A stretch of DNA of 32,000 nt, taken from positions 180,001 through 212,000 of the forward strand of contig CALSTM010000003.1 of the NCBI GenBank assembly GCA_943789275.1, written 5' to 3'. Origin of the DNA: Candidatus Poseidoniaceae archaeon (GTDB taxonomy: Archaea; Thermoplasmatota; Poseidoniia; Poseidoniales; Poseidoniaceae). Of the stretch, positions 23,623-32,000 are shown piece by piece (position 1 is the stretch's first letter; each line of letters starts with the position of its first letter). The translations under genes and the position numbers were made by a program. Under the pieces are notes generated by a model. The model had not been told where the DNA came from and ran no database searches. It saw only the letters and a list, made by a program, of their open reading frames with translations.

Positions 23623-26600
23623 ATGGGTCAAAAAATAAAGTCAGTCAGTCTTGTATCAATCATGTTGCTTTCCGTCATGTCGACGCTCTTCTTGGCGTCT
23701 CTTACCGCAACAGCGAACACCGTCGTCATCACCGAAGCAATTCAAATCGTTGACGGAGGAACTTCATCCGATACTCAAACTTCAGTCGGCTCTGACAGTG
23801 AAGGAAACGTTCACGTCGTTTGGACTCGGAACAACCTTCACCTCTACTACTCGATGATTTCTCCTCGTGGTGACACCTTGATTGACACCACGCAGATTTC
23901 AAACCCAGGTCTTCACAAAATCTGGCACCCAGACATGGTTGTTGACGAAAACGACAAGATTCACGTTGTTTGGGCTGATAAGTCAGGCCAACACAAAATC
24001 ATGTACACCGTCCTCAACCCTTGGGCATCATCCATGGACGGCATGGCCTCAGACGATGGAACACTTTCTGCAATTGACGACTACGTTGTCTCAAGCCGTG
24101 CGCAAAACCGCGACTGGCCAGCAATCGACATTGACAGCCAAGGCGGCGTTCATATTGTCTGGGAAGATTCCTACGACTCAGAAGGCAAGTTCTTCAGCCA
24201 ACCACAGATCTACTACACCATGTTGTCACCAGATATCAGCAGTGGCGCAGTCATTGTCAATTTTGACGATACCCTTCTGACTCCAATCATTGGTCACAAA
24301 GGCCACCCTGACGTCGTCGTTGACGCAAACGATTACGTCCAAATCGCTTGGGACGACACCCGAGGTGGAAAGGTCGAGCTCAGTTTCATCGTTGACACCT
24401 CCGGTTCCATGTACTCGGAATGGGCGGACATCTGTACCGTTGTTTACGGTGGGAACTTTGCTTCCGGCGGTTACTTCCAAGGTATCAAGCCAATGCTTGA
24501 AACCGCAAACATGACTGTTTACGAAACCATCTACGGTCTTGGAAATACACTCCCTGGTGCTGCAAGTTCAGGTAACTGCGCTGGTAAGAACCAAAATTCT
24601 GGCCCTCGCACAACGCCTTTGGGTCAAACACCAGGTGACGACTCTGGCGGTATTCGAAAGCTACCGGGGACCGTCTACAACGGCAACACTTACTCCGGAT
24701 ATTCCGGTGAAGATTGGGGCCCAGGAACCAACTGGGGTTGCCTTTCATGGAAAGACGCTCAAGGAAACGTCCCAGGAAACCCGCCAACTCAAGACGACCA
24801 CCGATGGAATCCAAACGCAACAAAGATCATCATTCCAGTTTCAGACGAAGGTCCGAAAGACGGTGACCCATCTCAACAAGCAGATGACCTGACCTCTATT
24901 GAAGAGGCGCACGACAACTGTATCAACGCAGGAGTCATTCCAGTCGGTCTTTACGGACAAGGATACGGTGGAGCCGGTAACATCCAATCCCACTTCATGG
25001 ATTTAGTCCAATGTCCAAACAACGTCGTTTCGACCCAAACTCGAAACTGCCCAGGTAACACGCTACGAAGTTCAGACGCTGGTGGACAAGCCTATGAGTT
25101 CCCATCCGGAACCGGTGGAAACAACGCAATGGCTTTGCTTGTTGAAGCAATGGTTTACATCTCTACAAACAACTCTCGTGAAATCTACATGACTGTTCTG
25201 GACCCATACGGTAAGATGAACAACGACCCGTCTTGGACTCCAGGCGCAACAGGACACTCAGTTGTCAACGGCGAATACGTCGAAGATACCGGTGCTGGTG
25301 CAGACGGCCACCTCGTGGTTGTCAACGACACCCGTGTCACCATTGACGATGCTTACTCGTTCCACCCATCGATTGGTGTTGACATGCAAGGCAACACCCA
25401 CATTGCATGGATGGACGGCCGAAACTATGGATTTGAGAAGGCTGTGAACTACGAAGTGTTCTACACCAAACTCCGACTTCAAGGTGCAGGTGCGTGGGAC
25501 GGTGCTGACCAAGGACTTTCCACCTACGCTATCAAGAAGATTCAGGATACTCCAATCTCGAATGTTGAAGGAAACGGTGGACTCCCTGGTAACCGGCCGT
25601 TTGGTGGAAACTCCGTATTCCCTGCTCTGCTTACTGATGACCAAAACAACGTTCACATTGCGTGGGTCGATTCAGGAAACGCAACTGCTGATGAAGAAAT
25701 CATTTACACTCGCCTGAACTCTACTGACTTGACTGGGCCGGGCCTTACTGCTCTTGACCCTTGGGAAAACGTGCCCGTCACCTCATGGGCAAGCAACAAA
25801 CTTGGGCCAAACTCTGGCAGTCAGCCGAGCATAGGCATGCCTCCAGCGTTTTCGAACGATTTGGGAAGTGGCGCGCATATCGCTTGGTCGGACACGAATA
25901 AATGCGGTGAAGACGCCAACAATAACCGCTTCACGATCTGTTATTCCCACGTTCTCACCGGTCAGGTTGACGTTGAATTCCAAGATGGAGAAACGTACTA
26001 CCACGTTATCGAACCTGGTCAGCAAACCATCTACAACATGTCAATGAACAACTCGACCCCAGGTCCAAAAGACCTTGTCGCTGATACGTTCGGACTCAAC
26101 ATCTCTGGTGTTCCCCAAAACTGGACTGCTACACTGTTCTTTGCTGATAACCATACGACAATAATGCCAGACACGCCTATCTTCCTCGAAGGTGGAGAAG
26201 ACATTCGCTTCTACATGCGAATTCGTGCTCCGTCGGTGTACCAAGCTGAAGCGGACCAGATTGCCGATATATCGGTGATTGCTAAATCGTACAAGGACCC
26301 TGCTATTCAGTCCGACCTCGTCACTCGTACGCTGATGGACGTTGTTCACGGCATAAACCTGGACACCTCCCACAGCATGGCAGACGTCGAACAAGGCCAA
26401 ACTGCGATTTTCTCGATTACGATTACCAACACAGGCAACGTCAACGACCAATTCGTATTCTGGGACCCGTATACACTTGAAGGCCGCCAAGAGTGGCTGC
26501 TTCAATTCGGTTGGACTGTAAACTTCCCAACCAGTGTAGAATTAGACCCTGGACAATCCGTTACCAAGAACCTCGAAGTCTTCGTCCCAACATCCGAAGA

Positions 26601-28713
26601 CCCCGGTTCTTTCGTTATTTATCTCAAGGGATGGTCTGCTGGCGAACCGATTAAGTCGATTGAAAAAGGAACATACGACGTCCTTGAACTCGGTGTTTTC
26701 GTTTCGATTCGTTCAACTGGAAACATCGTCATGGAATTGTTCGATACCAGTGAATATGTTGACCCCGGAGAATGTGCAACCTATCCTATTGATGTCACCA
26801 AGAATTTCGATTCTGGTAAACTTGTCTTCGTGACCCCCGGTGCACCTGAACAAAAGCCCGACACCATCTCGATGGATGCTTGGAGAGAAGATAACTGGGT
26901 ATTAAACCTCGATTTCTCCAATGCTCCGGGAGGCAACTCTGTTGACCTCAGCGAGCCACGAGATTGGAACATACCTCCAGGTGCAGAATTTGTTACCTAC
27001 GAAGTCAGCGTCGAAGTGTGCGCTCCGACCAAAGCTTCTGCCGGTCTTGGTCCTGCGGTTATCGTCAAAGCCTATCTTGACGGCTATCCAAGAATTTCAT
27101 CGTCAAAGATTCTCTCAACCAATGTCAACCACGTGTATCAATTAAGCGCAAGTGCAGACATTGCTGATGAAGATAAGATCACTTTGGACGGCCAAGAAGT
27201 TCTCCCGGTGAACCCTGGACAGCAGGTGGTTATGCCAACTACCGTTACGAATCTTGGAAACGGCCCAGATCGATTCGACTACCGACTTGCTCGTGTTACT
27301 GACCCTGCTGGCGTTGACGTCATCTGGGACATTGAAATCCCTCGTGACAGTCTCGACGAACTTTCCCGTGACACCAACCAAATCTTTGACATCACAATGA
27401 ATGTTCCAGACCAAGTTGAAGCTGGTGTTTACACCGTTGTATTCCAGACCTTCTCGGAAGAATCCTATCCAGATGCAAGCGGTCGTTTGACACGACTGCG
27501 ATTCACTCAGACCATTCCTGTCTATGTTCAAGAGTTCTATGACATGCAAATCAGCATGGACTCAACTGTGGACAATGCAGTGAAGACATCCGCACCTGGG
27601 CGAATTGTGCGGTTTGAATTGAACATCACAAACAATGGTAACGTTCCTGATTGGCCAACGCTCAACAACCACACGGCTAAGATTGATGGTGACACTCAAA
27701 TCATGAGTGAGTTGCCTGGAATGGGTACATTGTCCGAATGGTCTGTCGAATGGCAACTTATCAAGCAAATCGGAACCGACCTCACCACAGAGGAACCCTG
27801 TGAAACAGTTGCTTCGCTCGAAAGCACAACTGGAGACGAAGATGCAGCAATGAATCCAGAAGTGGCATTTGCTGACTTGGCTGACCGTTGTATTTACCTT
27901 GAATCTGAAGACCGCTATTTCATGCCAATGATGGATGCTTACACGACAATTCCAGTCGTTGCTATTGTCAAGATTGACCCGTCTGCTGTTCTCAGCACGC
28001 GCCCGGTCGGCTTGAAGGTCGTCTCGAAGATGGGCAACATGTTGGACGGTGGCGACCATGACGATTCTCCGTCTTGGGCAGCAGAAAACCTCGATACAAA
28101 CGAATTCGTCGTTACGCTACGATTGCGAGCTCCGAACTTGATCATCTCAGAAGTTTCCGTCTCGGACGATACTGGAGATGTAGACACTACGATTCCTATC
28201 CGTGTCGTGTTGCAAAACGATGGAAACACGCATGCAACAGATATTGAAATCGTATTGTGTGAATACAAAGATGCTGCTGATGCGGACATTATCAAGGACA
28301 TTCGAAAGAACGGCTGTGACGATGAAAACATCGTTATGAGGCAAGTCATTGGTGCACTCCTTGCTCCAGATGACACGGAAGATTACAAGGAAATCGAACT
28401 TGTTCTGCTCTACCCTGTTTCAGCTGGTAGCCACGGTGTTTACGTCGTTGTGGACCCATCAAATGAGATTGTTGAATCATCCGAGAACGACAACGTCAAG
28501 TCAGTCGAACAAGAACTCAAGTCGTCTGGAGGCATTCTTGACGTCGCTGGTGAAGTGGTTGGAAAGACTGCTCTACCGTTCGCAGTTATTCTACTGACCA
28601 TTGCTTTGTTCGGTGTCGTGTTCCTTGTTGGACGAGGACGCCGACAGGACGTTTTGGACCGAAAGGCTGAGCAATCATCCCTCGTGTCGGTTTTGGCCGG
28701 CGCAGAAGACTGA
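23623..28713 (+). CDS. Giant (1696 aa) membrane-anchored surface protein: signal peptide, propeller-like repeats with a nested vWA domain, multiple CARDB/Ig-like domains, C-terminal TM anchor
   Basis: The signal peptide reads VSLVSIMLLSVMSTLFLASLTATA. Seven H-(V/I)-(V/A)-W-x-D repeats are present. The MIDAS motif reads FIVDTSGSM. Repeated TNTGN / TNLGNGPD / TNNGNVPD / QNDGNTHA motifs are typical of CARDB-like domains. The TM anchor lies at 28570-28629 and is followed by GRGRRQ. Confidence 0.9.
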   Translation: MGQKIKSVSLVSIMLLSVMSTLFLASLTATANTVVITEAIQIVDGGTSSDTQTSVGSDSEGNVHVVWTRNNLHLYYSMISPRGDTLIDTTQISNPGLHKIWHPDMVVDENDKIHVVWADKSGQHKIMYTVLNPWASSMDGMASDDGTLSAIDDYVVSSRAQNRDWPAIDIDSQGGVHIVWEDSYDSEGKFFSQPQIYYTMLSPDISSGAVIVNFDDTLLTPIIGHKGHPDVVVDANDYVQIAWDDTRGGKVELSFIVDTSGSMYSEWADICTVVYGGNFASGGYFQGIKPMLETANMTVYETIYGLGNTLPGAASSGNCAGKNQNSGPRTTPLGQTPGDDSGGIRKLPGTVYNGNTYSGYSGEDWGPGTNWGCLSWKDAQGNVPGNPPTQDDHRWNPNATKIIIPVSDEGPKDGDPSQQADDLTSIEEAHDNCINAGVIPVGLYGQGYGGAGNIQSHFMDLVQCPNNVVSTQTRNCPGNTLRSSDAGGQAYEFPSGTGGNNAMALLVEAMVYISTNNSREIYMTVLDPYGKMNNDPSWTPGATGHSVVNGEYVEDTGAGADGHLVVVNDTRVTIDDAYSFHPSIGVDMQGNTHIAWMDGRNYGFEKAVNYEVFYTKLRLQGAGAWDGADQGLSTYAIKKIQDTPISNVEGNGGLPGNRPFGGNSVFPALLTDDQNNVHIAWVDSGNATADEEIIYTRLNSTDLTGPGLTALDPWENVPVTSWASNKLGPNSGSQPSIGMPPAFSNDLGSGAHIAWSDTNKCGEDANNNRFTICYSHVLTGQVDVEFQDGETYYHVIEPGQQTIYNMSMNNSTPGPKDLVADTFGLNISGVPQNWTATLFFADNHTTIMPDTPIFLEGGEDIRFYMRIRAPSVYQAEADQIADISVIAKSYKDPAIQSDLVTRTLMDVVHGINLDTSHSMADVEQGQTAIFSITITNTGNVNDQFVFWDPYTLEGRQEWLLQFGWTVNFPTSVELDPGQSVTKNLEVFVPTSEDPGSFVIYLKGWSAGEPIKSIEKGTYDVLELGVFVSIRSTGNIVMELFDTSEYVDPGECATYPIDVTKNFDSGKLVFVTPGAPEQKPDTISMDAWREDNWVLNLDFSNAPGGNSVDLSEPRDWNIPPGAEFVTYEVSVEVCAPTKASAGLGPAVIVKAYLDGYPRISSSKILSTNVNHVYQLSASADIADEDKITLDGQEVLPVNPGQQVVMPTTVTNLGNGPDRFDYRLARVTDPAGVDVIWDIEIPRDSLDELSRDTNQIFDITMNVPDQVEAGVYTVVFQTFSEESYPDASGRLTRLRFTQTIPVYVQEFYDMQISMDSTVDNAVKTSAPGRIVRFELNITNNGNVPDWPTLNNHTAKIDGDTQIMSELPGMGTLSEWSVEWQLIKQIGTDLTTEEPCETVASLESTTGDEDAAMNPEVAFADLADRCIYLESEDRYFMPMMDAYTTIPVVAIVKIDPSAVLSTRPVGLKVVSKMGNMLDGGDHDDSPSWAAENLDTNEFVVTLRLRAPNLIISEVSVSDDTGDVDTTIPIRVVLQNDGNTHATDIEIVLCEYKDAADADIIKDIRKNGCDDENIVMRQVIGALLAPDDTEDYKEIELVLLYPVSAGSHGVYVVVDPSNEIVESSENDNVKSVEQELKSSGGILDVAGEVVGKTALPFAVILLTIALFGVVFLVGRGRRQDVLDRKAEQSSLVSVLAGAED
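24373..25167 (+). other. von Willebrand factor A (vWA) domain region of the giant protein (aa ~251-515)
   Basis: The D-x-S-x-S MIDAS motif begins at 24394 (DTSGS). The later strand KIIIPVSDEGP follows, then the helix-strand pattern AHDNCINAGVIPVGLYG. Confidence 0.7.
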
Positions 28714-28738
28714 AAGCAGAAATGGCTGAAAGGATGAA

Positions 28739-29503
28739 TCATTCCTTCTTACGAGGGAGTGAACCAAGCCAGAACCGCAGGTTCGAATTGTTTGGCACTG
28801 CCACAATTTGACCGGCTCTATCGGCGAGTTGCCGCTCAAGCCTGTTGCGGACTTCATCCAGTAAGGTGGCCATTTCTGCCTGCCCAAGTTGCAGTTCACG
28901 GCGCAGGTCTGCAAGATCCAACTTTCGCTCAGGCGTCTCAATAAGGCTGTGCACCATTGTTCGTTGCTCATAGTGTTCGAAATCAGAATCAACCCCTGCA
29001 GAAATCCGGTTGCGAATGTGTTGGTGCAATGCAATAACGGCGTCTCGTTGCGCGTCGATCCCCTCGAGGATGCCGTTGAGGTGTTGGATGTGAGCCATCC
29101 CTTCTCCGACAGAAATTTTCTTACGCCCACTTACCGATTGCACAACCTGTTCTGTCGAACTGGGTAGCCTGTTCGAAAGGCGCATTGGTCCGCCGGCAGG
29201 TAAGCGCCGCTGTTCGCACTGAAACAGGTCTGGGCCAAGGTCAATACGGAGAGATATCGATTGTTGAACGCTGTAAATGGTTCGAGGCGGACCGCCCTTT
29301 TCACTTGCCACGGTCATTTTTGTGACAAAGTTTCCACGCTCTAATTCACGCAAATGTTTGCCAATAGCTTGCTGGCTTACACCGAGTAATTCTGCCAATT
29401 GCATTGGGTAGTGGGGCTCACGAACCAACCGTTCGAGAATCTGTCTTCGCAGTTTGTTTTGAAGTAAGGTAAGGGCTGTATCGATATCCTCCAAACTGCT
29501 CAA
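28739..29503 (-). CDS. ArsR-type winged-helix transcription regulator with a long C-terminal helical / coiled-coil domain
   Basis: The N-terminal part reads NKLRRQILERLVREPHYPMQLAELLGVSQQAIGKHLRELERGNFV. The C-terminal ~120 aa are predicted helical. The gene is convergent with the giant surface-protein gene. Confidence 0.75.
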   Translation of the reverse strand: MSSLEDIDTALTLLQNKLRRQILERLVREPHYPMQLAELLGVSQQAIGKHLRELERGNFVTKMTVASEKGGPPRTIYSVQQSISLRIDLGPDLFQCEQRRLPAGGPMRLSNRLPSSTEQVVQSVSGRKKISVGEGMAHIQHLNGILEGIDAQRDAVIALHQHIRNRISAGVDSDFEHYEQRTMVHSLIETPERKLDLADLRRELQLGQAEMATLLDEVRNRLERQLADRAGQIVAVPNNSNLRFWLGSLPRKKE

Positions 29504-29605
29504 CTCAAAGTTACCTAGACGCTACCACTCTTTGAAGCCGTCGCCTCATGCGAGTCACAGAACTGGGGTTTGGAATGCGTCAACGTAAGGCATTGTTCGT
29601 ATTCT

Positions 29606-30205
29606 CTATGCCTTTGGGAGTATTTTTTTCGAGAGATTCTTTATCCCGTTTATGCCGATGGCAGCATACGCTCCAAACAGTACAGCCAATACAATGTAGG
29701 CTGTTGCAGAAACAGCCAGTGTCGCCTCGTATTTCCATTCGACATCAAACTGCTGCAACGTTTGCGTATCGTCTCCACCTGCAACAAAACGGTACTCTCC
29801 ACTTGTTGCTTGCCATTCAACGCTGTTCCCTGAAGCTTGGTTGCCAGCGATAAGGGTAATACTTTCTTTATCGCATTCGTAATAACTCTCTTTCAGTGTA
29901 CACTTTTCGGCCTCGGATGCCTCAGCAATACCGATCCAAACGCCCGTTTGGGCCCAAGATACGGATACATCGACGTTCAAGGCATCAATTGCCTTAGGGA
30001 GGGATAGAATTTCTTCAGACATGCCCCAATAGCAGGTTACTTGCTCTTCCTGAATGAAGGGAATGCCTTCTTCAACATCACATGGAGGTAACATGGCTTG
30101 CTCGGTTCCACCGTCTTCTACCGTTGGTGGCGGTAACAAGGTCGGTAAGGCCAGCAACATGATGCTTAGAATGCCAGCAATCCACCGAAACACAGTATCT
30201 CTCAT
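29606..30205 (-). CDS. Hypothetical bitopic membrane protein (N-terminal TM/signal, ~140-aa acidic four-Cys ectodomain, C-terminal TM)
   Basis: 199-aa ORF with hydrophobic segments WIAGILSIMLLALPTLL and AVSATAYIVLAVLFGAYAAIGI. It lies 9 nt downstream of the preceding gene. Confidence 0.6.
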   Translation of the reverse strand: MRDTVFRWIAGILSIMLLALPTLLPPPTVEDGGTEQAMLPPCDVEEGIPFIQEEQVTCYWGMSEEILSLPKAIDALNVDVSVSWAQTGVWIGIAEASEAEKCTLKESYYECDKESITLIAGNQASGNSVEWQATSGEYRFVAGGDDTQTLQQFDVEWKYEATLAVSATAYIVLAVLFGAYAAIGINGIKNLSKKILPKA

Positions 30206-30214
30206 TCTGAACCC

Positions 30215-31261
30215 TCACATATCGTCCCATTCAGCCCATTCCTTTGAATTGGCTTTCTTTTCTATTGGAACTGTCTTTCGACGGGTTGTCACCGGTTCTT
30301 TACTGGGTGCCGCACCGTCTCCACCAGCGTCCCAAACAGAAATCTGTTCGGTATTTGCCTTCTTTGGCTCGTTCCGCGTTTCTTGAGGACTTGGGGCTGA
30401 ATCCGCAAATGGGTCTTCAACAGGGCGAGACATCTCTTCGATGTCTCCCCGCATGAAAGCATAGACTTGTTCTGTGGTCAAGAGTTGTCCTTGCATTACG
30501 GCTTTTGAACCGTCAACGAAGGAGTCATCTTCCTGCTCTTGTTCATCGTGTGATTCGGCCATTTGCTGTCTTTCCAAATCTTCCTTGAGTCTTTGAAGCA
30601 TCGGATGCTGAGCAACCATGGACTGATCTTGCTCCTGCAGTGTTCGGAGGAATTCTTGGTCTCTTCCAATAACGTTGAGTGTTCCACGAACTGCACGGCT
30701 ACGATTTGAATACGCCACTACAGCAGCGACGGGCAGCACGATTAATCCCATGCAGCACAAACTAAAACCGAGCGTGAGGCCGGAGGATTCGAATATTTCC
30801 ATTTGCCAGTTATCGATGTTAACAATCCAGACAACTTCATTCTCGCAATCGTTACCTTCGCAGGACACGCTCACCATCAATTCACCTGATTCTTCAGTTA
30901 CCCATTCTTCAACCACAACAAAACTGGCGCCGTCAGACGCCATTGGCGTCCAATCTGTAAAACATTTTTCAGTTTCCATGGCTTCATTGACAGCAGCCAC
31001 GCCAACCATTTTCTTGATTTCGACTTCACTTTCTGATGCATTTGAAAACGCAACCGCCATGTAGCACTCGTCGTTTCCGACTTCCAGAATAGCGGATTGG
31101 CCAACACTGATTTCAACGGTCGCCCGTTCTCTTGGATCGTATATCGAATCAATGGCGCTGGTTTGGGAAGAGAGTGCGATACCGCCGCCGAGCAGCAGTA
31201 AAGCGCCTAGAATTCCGAGCCGTAGCCCCCAAGGCGAACGCTTGGAGGAATTCCCTGCCAT
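30215..31261 (-). CDS. Hypothetical bitopic membrane protein with a Cys-containing ectodomain and a ~160-aa acidic cytoplasmic tail ending EWAEWDDM
   Basis: 348-aa ORF with TM segments LGILGALLLLGGGIAL and LTLGFSLCCMGLIVLPVAAVVAY. The tail is rich in E, D and Q. It lies 42 nt downstream of top6A. Confidence 0.6.
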   Translation of the reverse strand: MAGNSSKRSPWGLRLGILGALLLLGGGIALSSQTSAIDSIYDPRERATVEISVGQSAILEVGNDECYMAVAFSNASESEVEIKKMVGVAAVNEAMETEKCFTDWTPMASDGASFVVVEEWVTEESGELMVSVSCEGNDCENEVVWIVNIDNWQMEIFESSGLTLGFSLCCMGLIVLPVAAVVAYSNRSRAVRGTLNVIGRDQEFLRTLQEQDQSMVAQHPMLQRLKEDLERQQMAESHDEQEQEDDSFVDGSKAVMQGQLLTTEQVYAFMRGDIEEMSRPVEDPFADSAPSPQETRNEPKKANTEQISVWDAGGDGAAPSKEPVTTRRKTVPIEKKANSKEWAEWDDM

Positions 31262-31303
31262 GGTAAAGCCTCAGTCTTCATCCTCAATGAATCCTTGCGC
31301 GAC

Positions 31304-32000
31304 TCAAGCCAAGCCAAGTTCAGCCAACTTTTCTGGCAGATAGGTCTCGGTAACGAAATCAAGGCCGTACTTTGCCAACGATTGTTGTTCAGCCTTCTTA
31401 TCCAATTCCAACATCATATTGATTTGGTCTTGCCACCAACTGTCGGCAAATCGCGGGTCTGAAAGTTCCGCATTAAGTGCTTCAATATCTTTCTTTGAAA
31501 GGTCGTCGCTTGGCAAATCATAGGCAACAATGTCATCAGCAGTTATGCCAAGATAAGTTGCTGATGGTGTTGCGAGGTACTCTGAAATGTGTGCTGTTTT
31601 AATCGCTCCGTAAGCAATCGAAGCGAAGATTCGGAAGGACCATGGGTCACCGTCAAGGAAGACGACGACAGGCAAATCCCACTCTTCACTCATTCTCTTC
31701 ATGATCCGACGCGTAGAGCGAGCTGGTTGGCCCTTGAGATGCAAGAGCCCACAGCGGTAATCTTCGTCAAATCCATTTTCGATCAACCGGTCAAACATAC
31801 CACCGGTTTCGATGGCCATGATGAAATCAATATCGTGTTCAAGAAGTTCAATCTTCTCAAGTTCAACGTTGTATGGCACGCCATAGCCCGAATCACCGAC
31901 GTCGTCTCGAGCATTGATTCTCATCCATTCGCCTCTACGGTTTCTCTCCCGCAATGTGAGGTTTCCAATCATTCGTGCACCGTCTTCTTCAGGTCGCAAC
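31304..32000 (-). CDS. top6A: DNA topoisomerase VI subunit A (Spo11 family), C-terminal Toprim part; the 5' end lies beyond the window end
   Basis: The Toprim glutamate region reads [14 protein letters not shown] and the DxD motif reads [13 protein letters not shown]. The sequences [15 protein letters not shown] and [10 protein letters not shown] are also present. The frame is open to the window edge. Confidence 0.9.
   Translation of the reverse strand, partial: LRPEEDGARMIGNLTLRERNRRGEWMRINARDDVGDSGYGVPYNVELEKIELLEHDIDFIMAIETGGMFDRLIENGFDEDYRCGLLHLKGQPARSTRRIMKRMSEEWDLPVVVFLDGDPWSFRIFASIAYGAIKTAHISEYLATPSATYLGITADDIVAYDLPSDDLSKKDIEALNAELSDPRFADSWWQDQINMMLELDKKAEQQSLAKYGLDFVTETYLPEKLAELGLA

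Noticed and set aside
23866-23874. RGD tripeptide (PRGDT) in the giant surface protein, next to a vWA domain
   Set aside because: A three-residue motif is expected by chance in a 1696-aa protein. There is no supporting context.
28560-28713. C-terminal anchor of the giant protein as a PGF-CTERM/archaeosortase signal
   Set aside because: The sequence has ALPF rather than a PGF motif. The TM helix is followed by a 27-aa tail rather than a short basic terminus, so it reads as a plain TM anchor.

Overview
The window reads as a densely coding chromosomal segment from an archaeon. All product calls come from reading the translations by eye, with no database search. The archaeal call rests on DNA primase large subunit PriL, topoisomerase VI subunit A (partial, at the right edge) and a 49-aa RNA polymerase subunit P that the ORF track misses. 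It is also supported by an RFC-like clamp-loader subunit, a DUF373 membrane protein and an MptE-like kinase. I support about 31 CDS and two tRNAs, tRNA-Asp(GTC) and tRNA-Arg(CCT). One CDS runs off each window edge: a phosphohexomutase on the left and Top6A on the right. I saw no rRNA, CRISPR array, transposase, integrase or prophage signature. Between the core genes sit housekeeping and accessory genes: an LbH acyltransferase, a CBS-pair protein, an SDR, a small Rieske protein, a class II aldolase-fold protein and a DUF523/DUF1722 protein. The same set also includes a flotillin-like SPFH protein, an SdhA/NadB-family flavoprotein, a HIT hydrolase and a bacterial-type PlsC-like acyltransferase. 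Many predicted surface or membrane proteins are present, including a 1696-aa anchored giant protein. The gene content (giant adhesin-like protein, flotillin, PlsC-like acyltransferase) is compatible with a marine planktonic euryarchaeon such as Marine Group II, but that is inference only. The observations most worth a second look are these. (1) A small protein (13306-13731) is built from two tandem 70-aa modules that look like head-to-tail ThiS/MoaD/SAMP-type beta-grasp domains, each ending VPALQAG. (2) A class II aldolase gene appears split from a long Pro/Ser/Gly-acidic 5' region by a 2-nt insertion inside an otherwise strict 12-nt periodic array. (3) The giant surface protein carries a vWA/MIDAS domain nested inside a seven-repeat propeller-like region. 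(4) A HIT gene and a PlsC-like acyltransferase gene share an ATGA overlap in an archaeal context. (5) Several compact clusters of uncharacterised genes occur (1717-3356, 16813-18956, 28739-31261). I could not identify a recognisable defence or mobile system.
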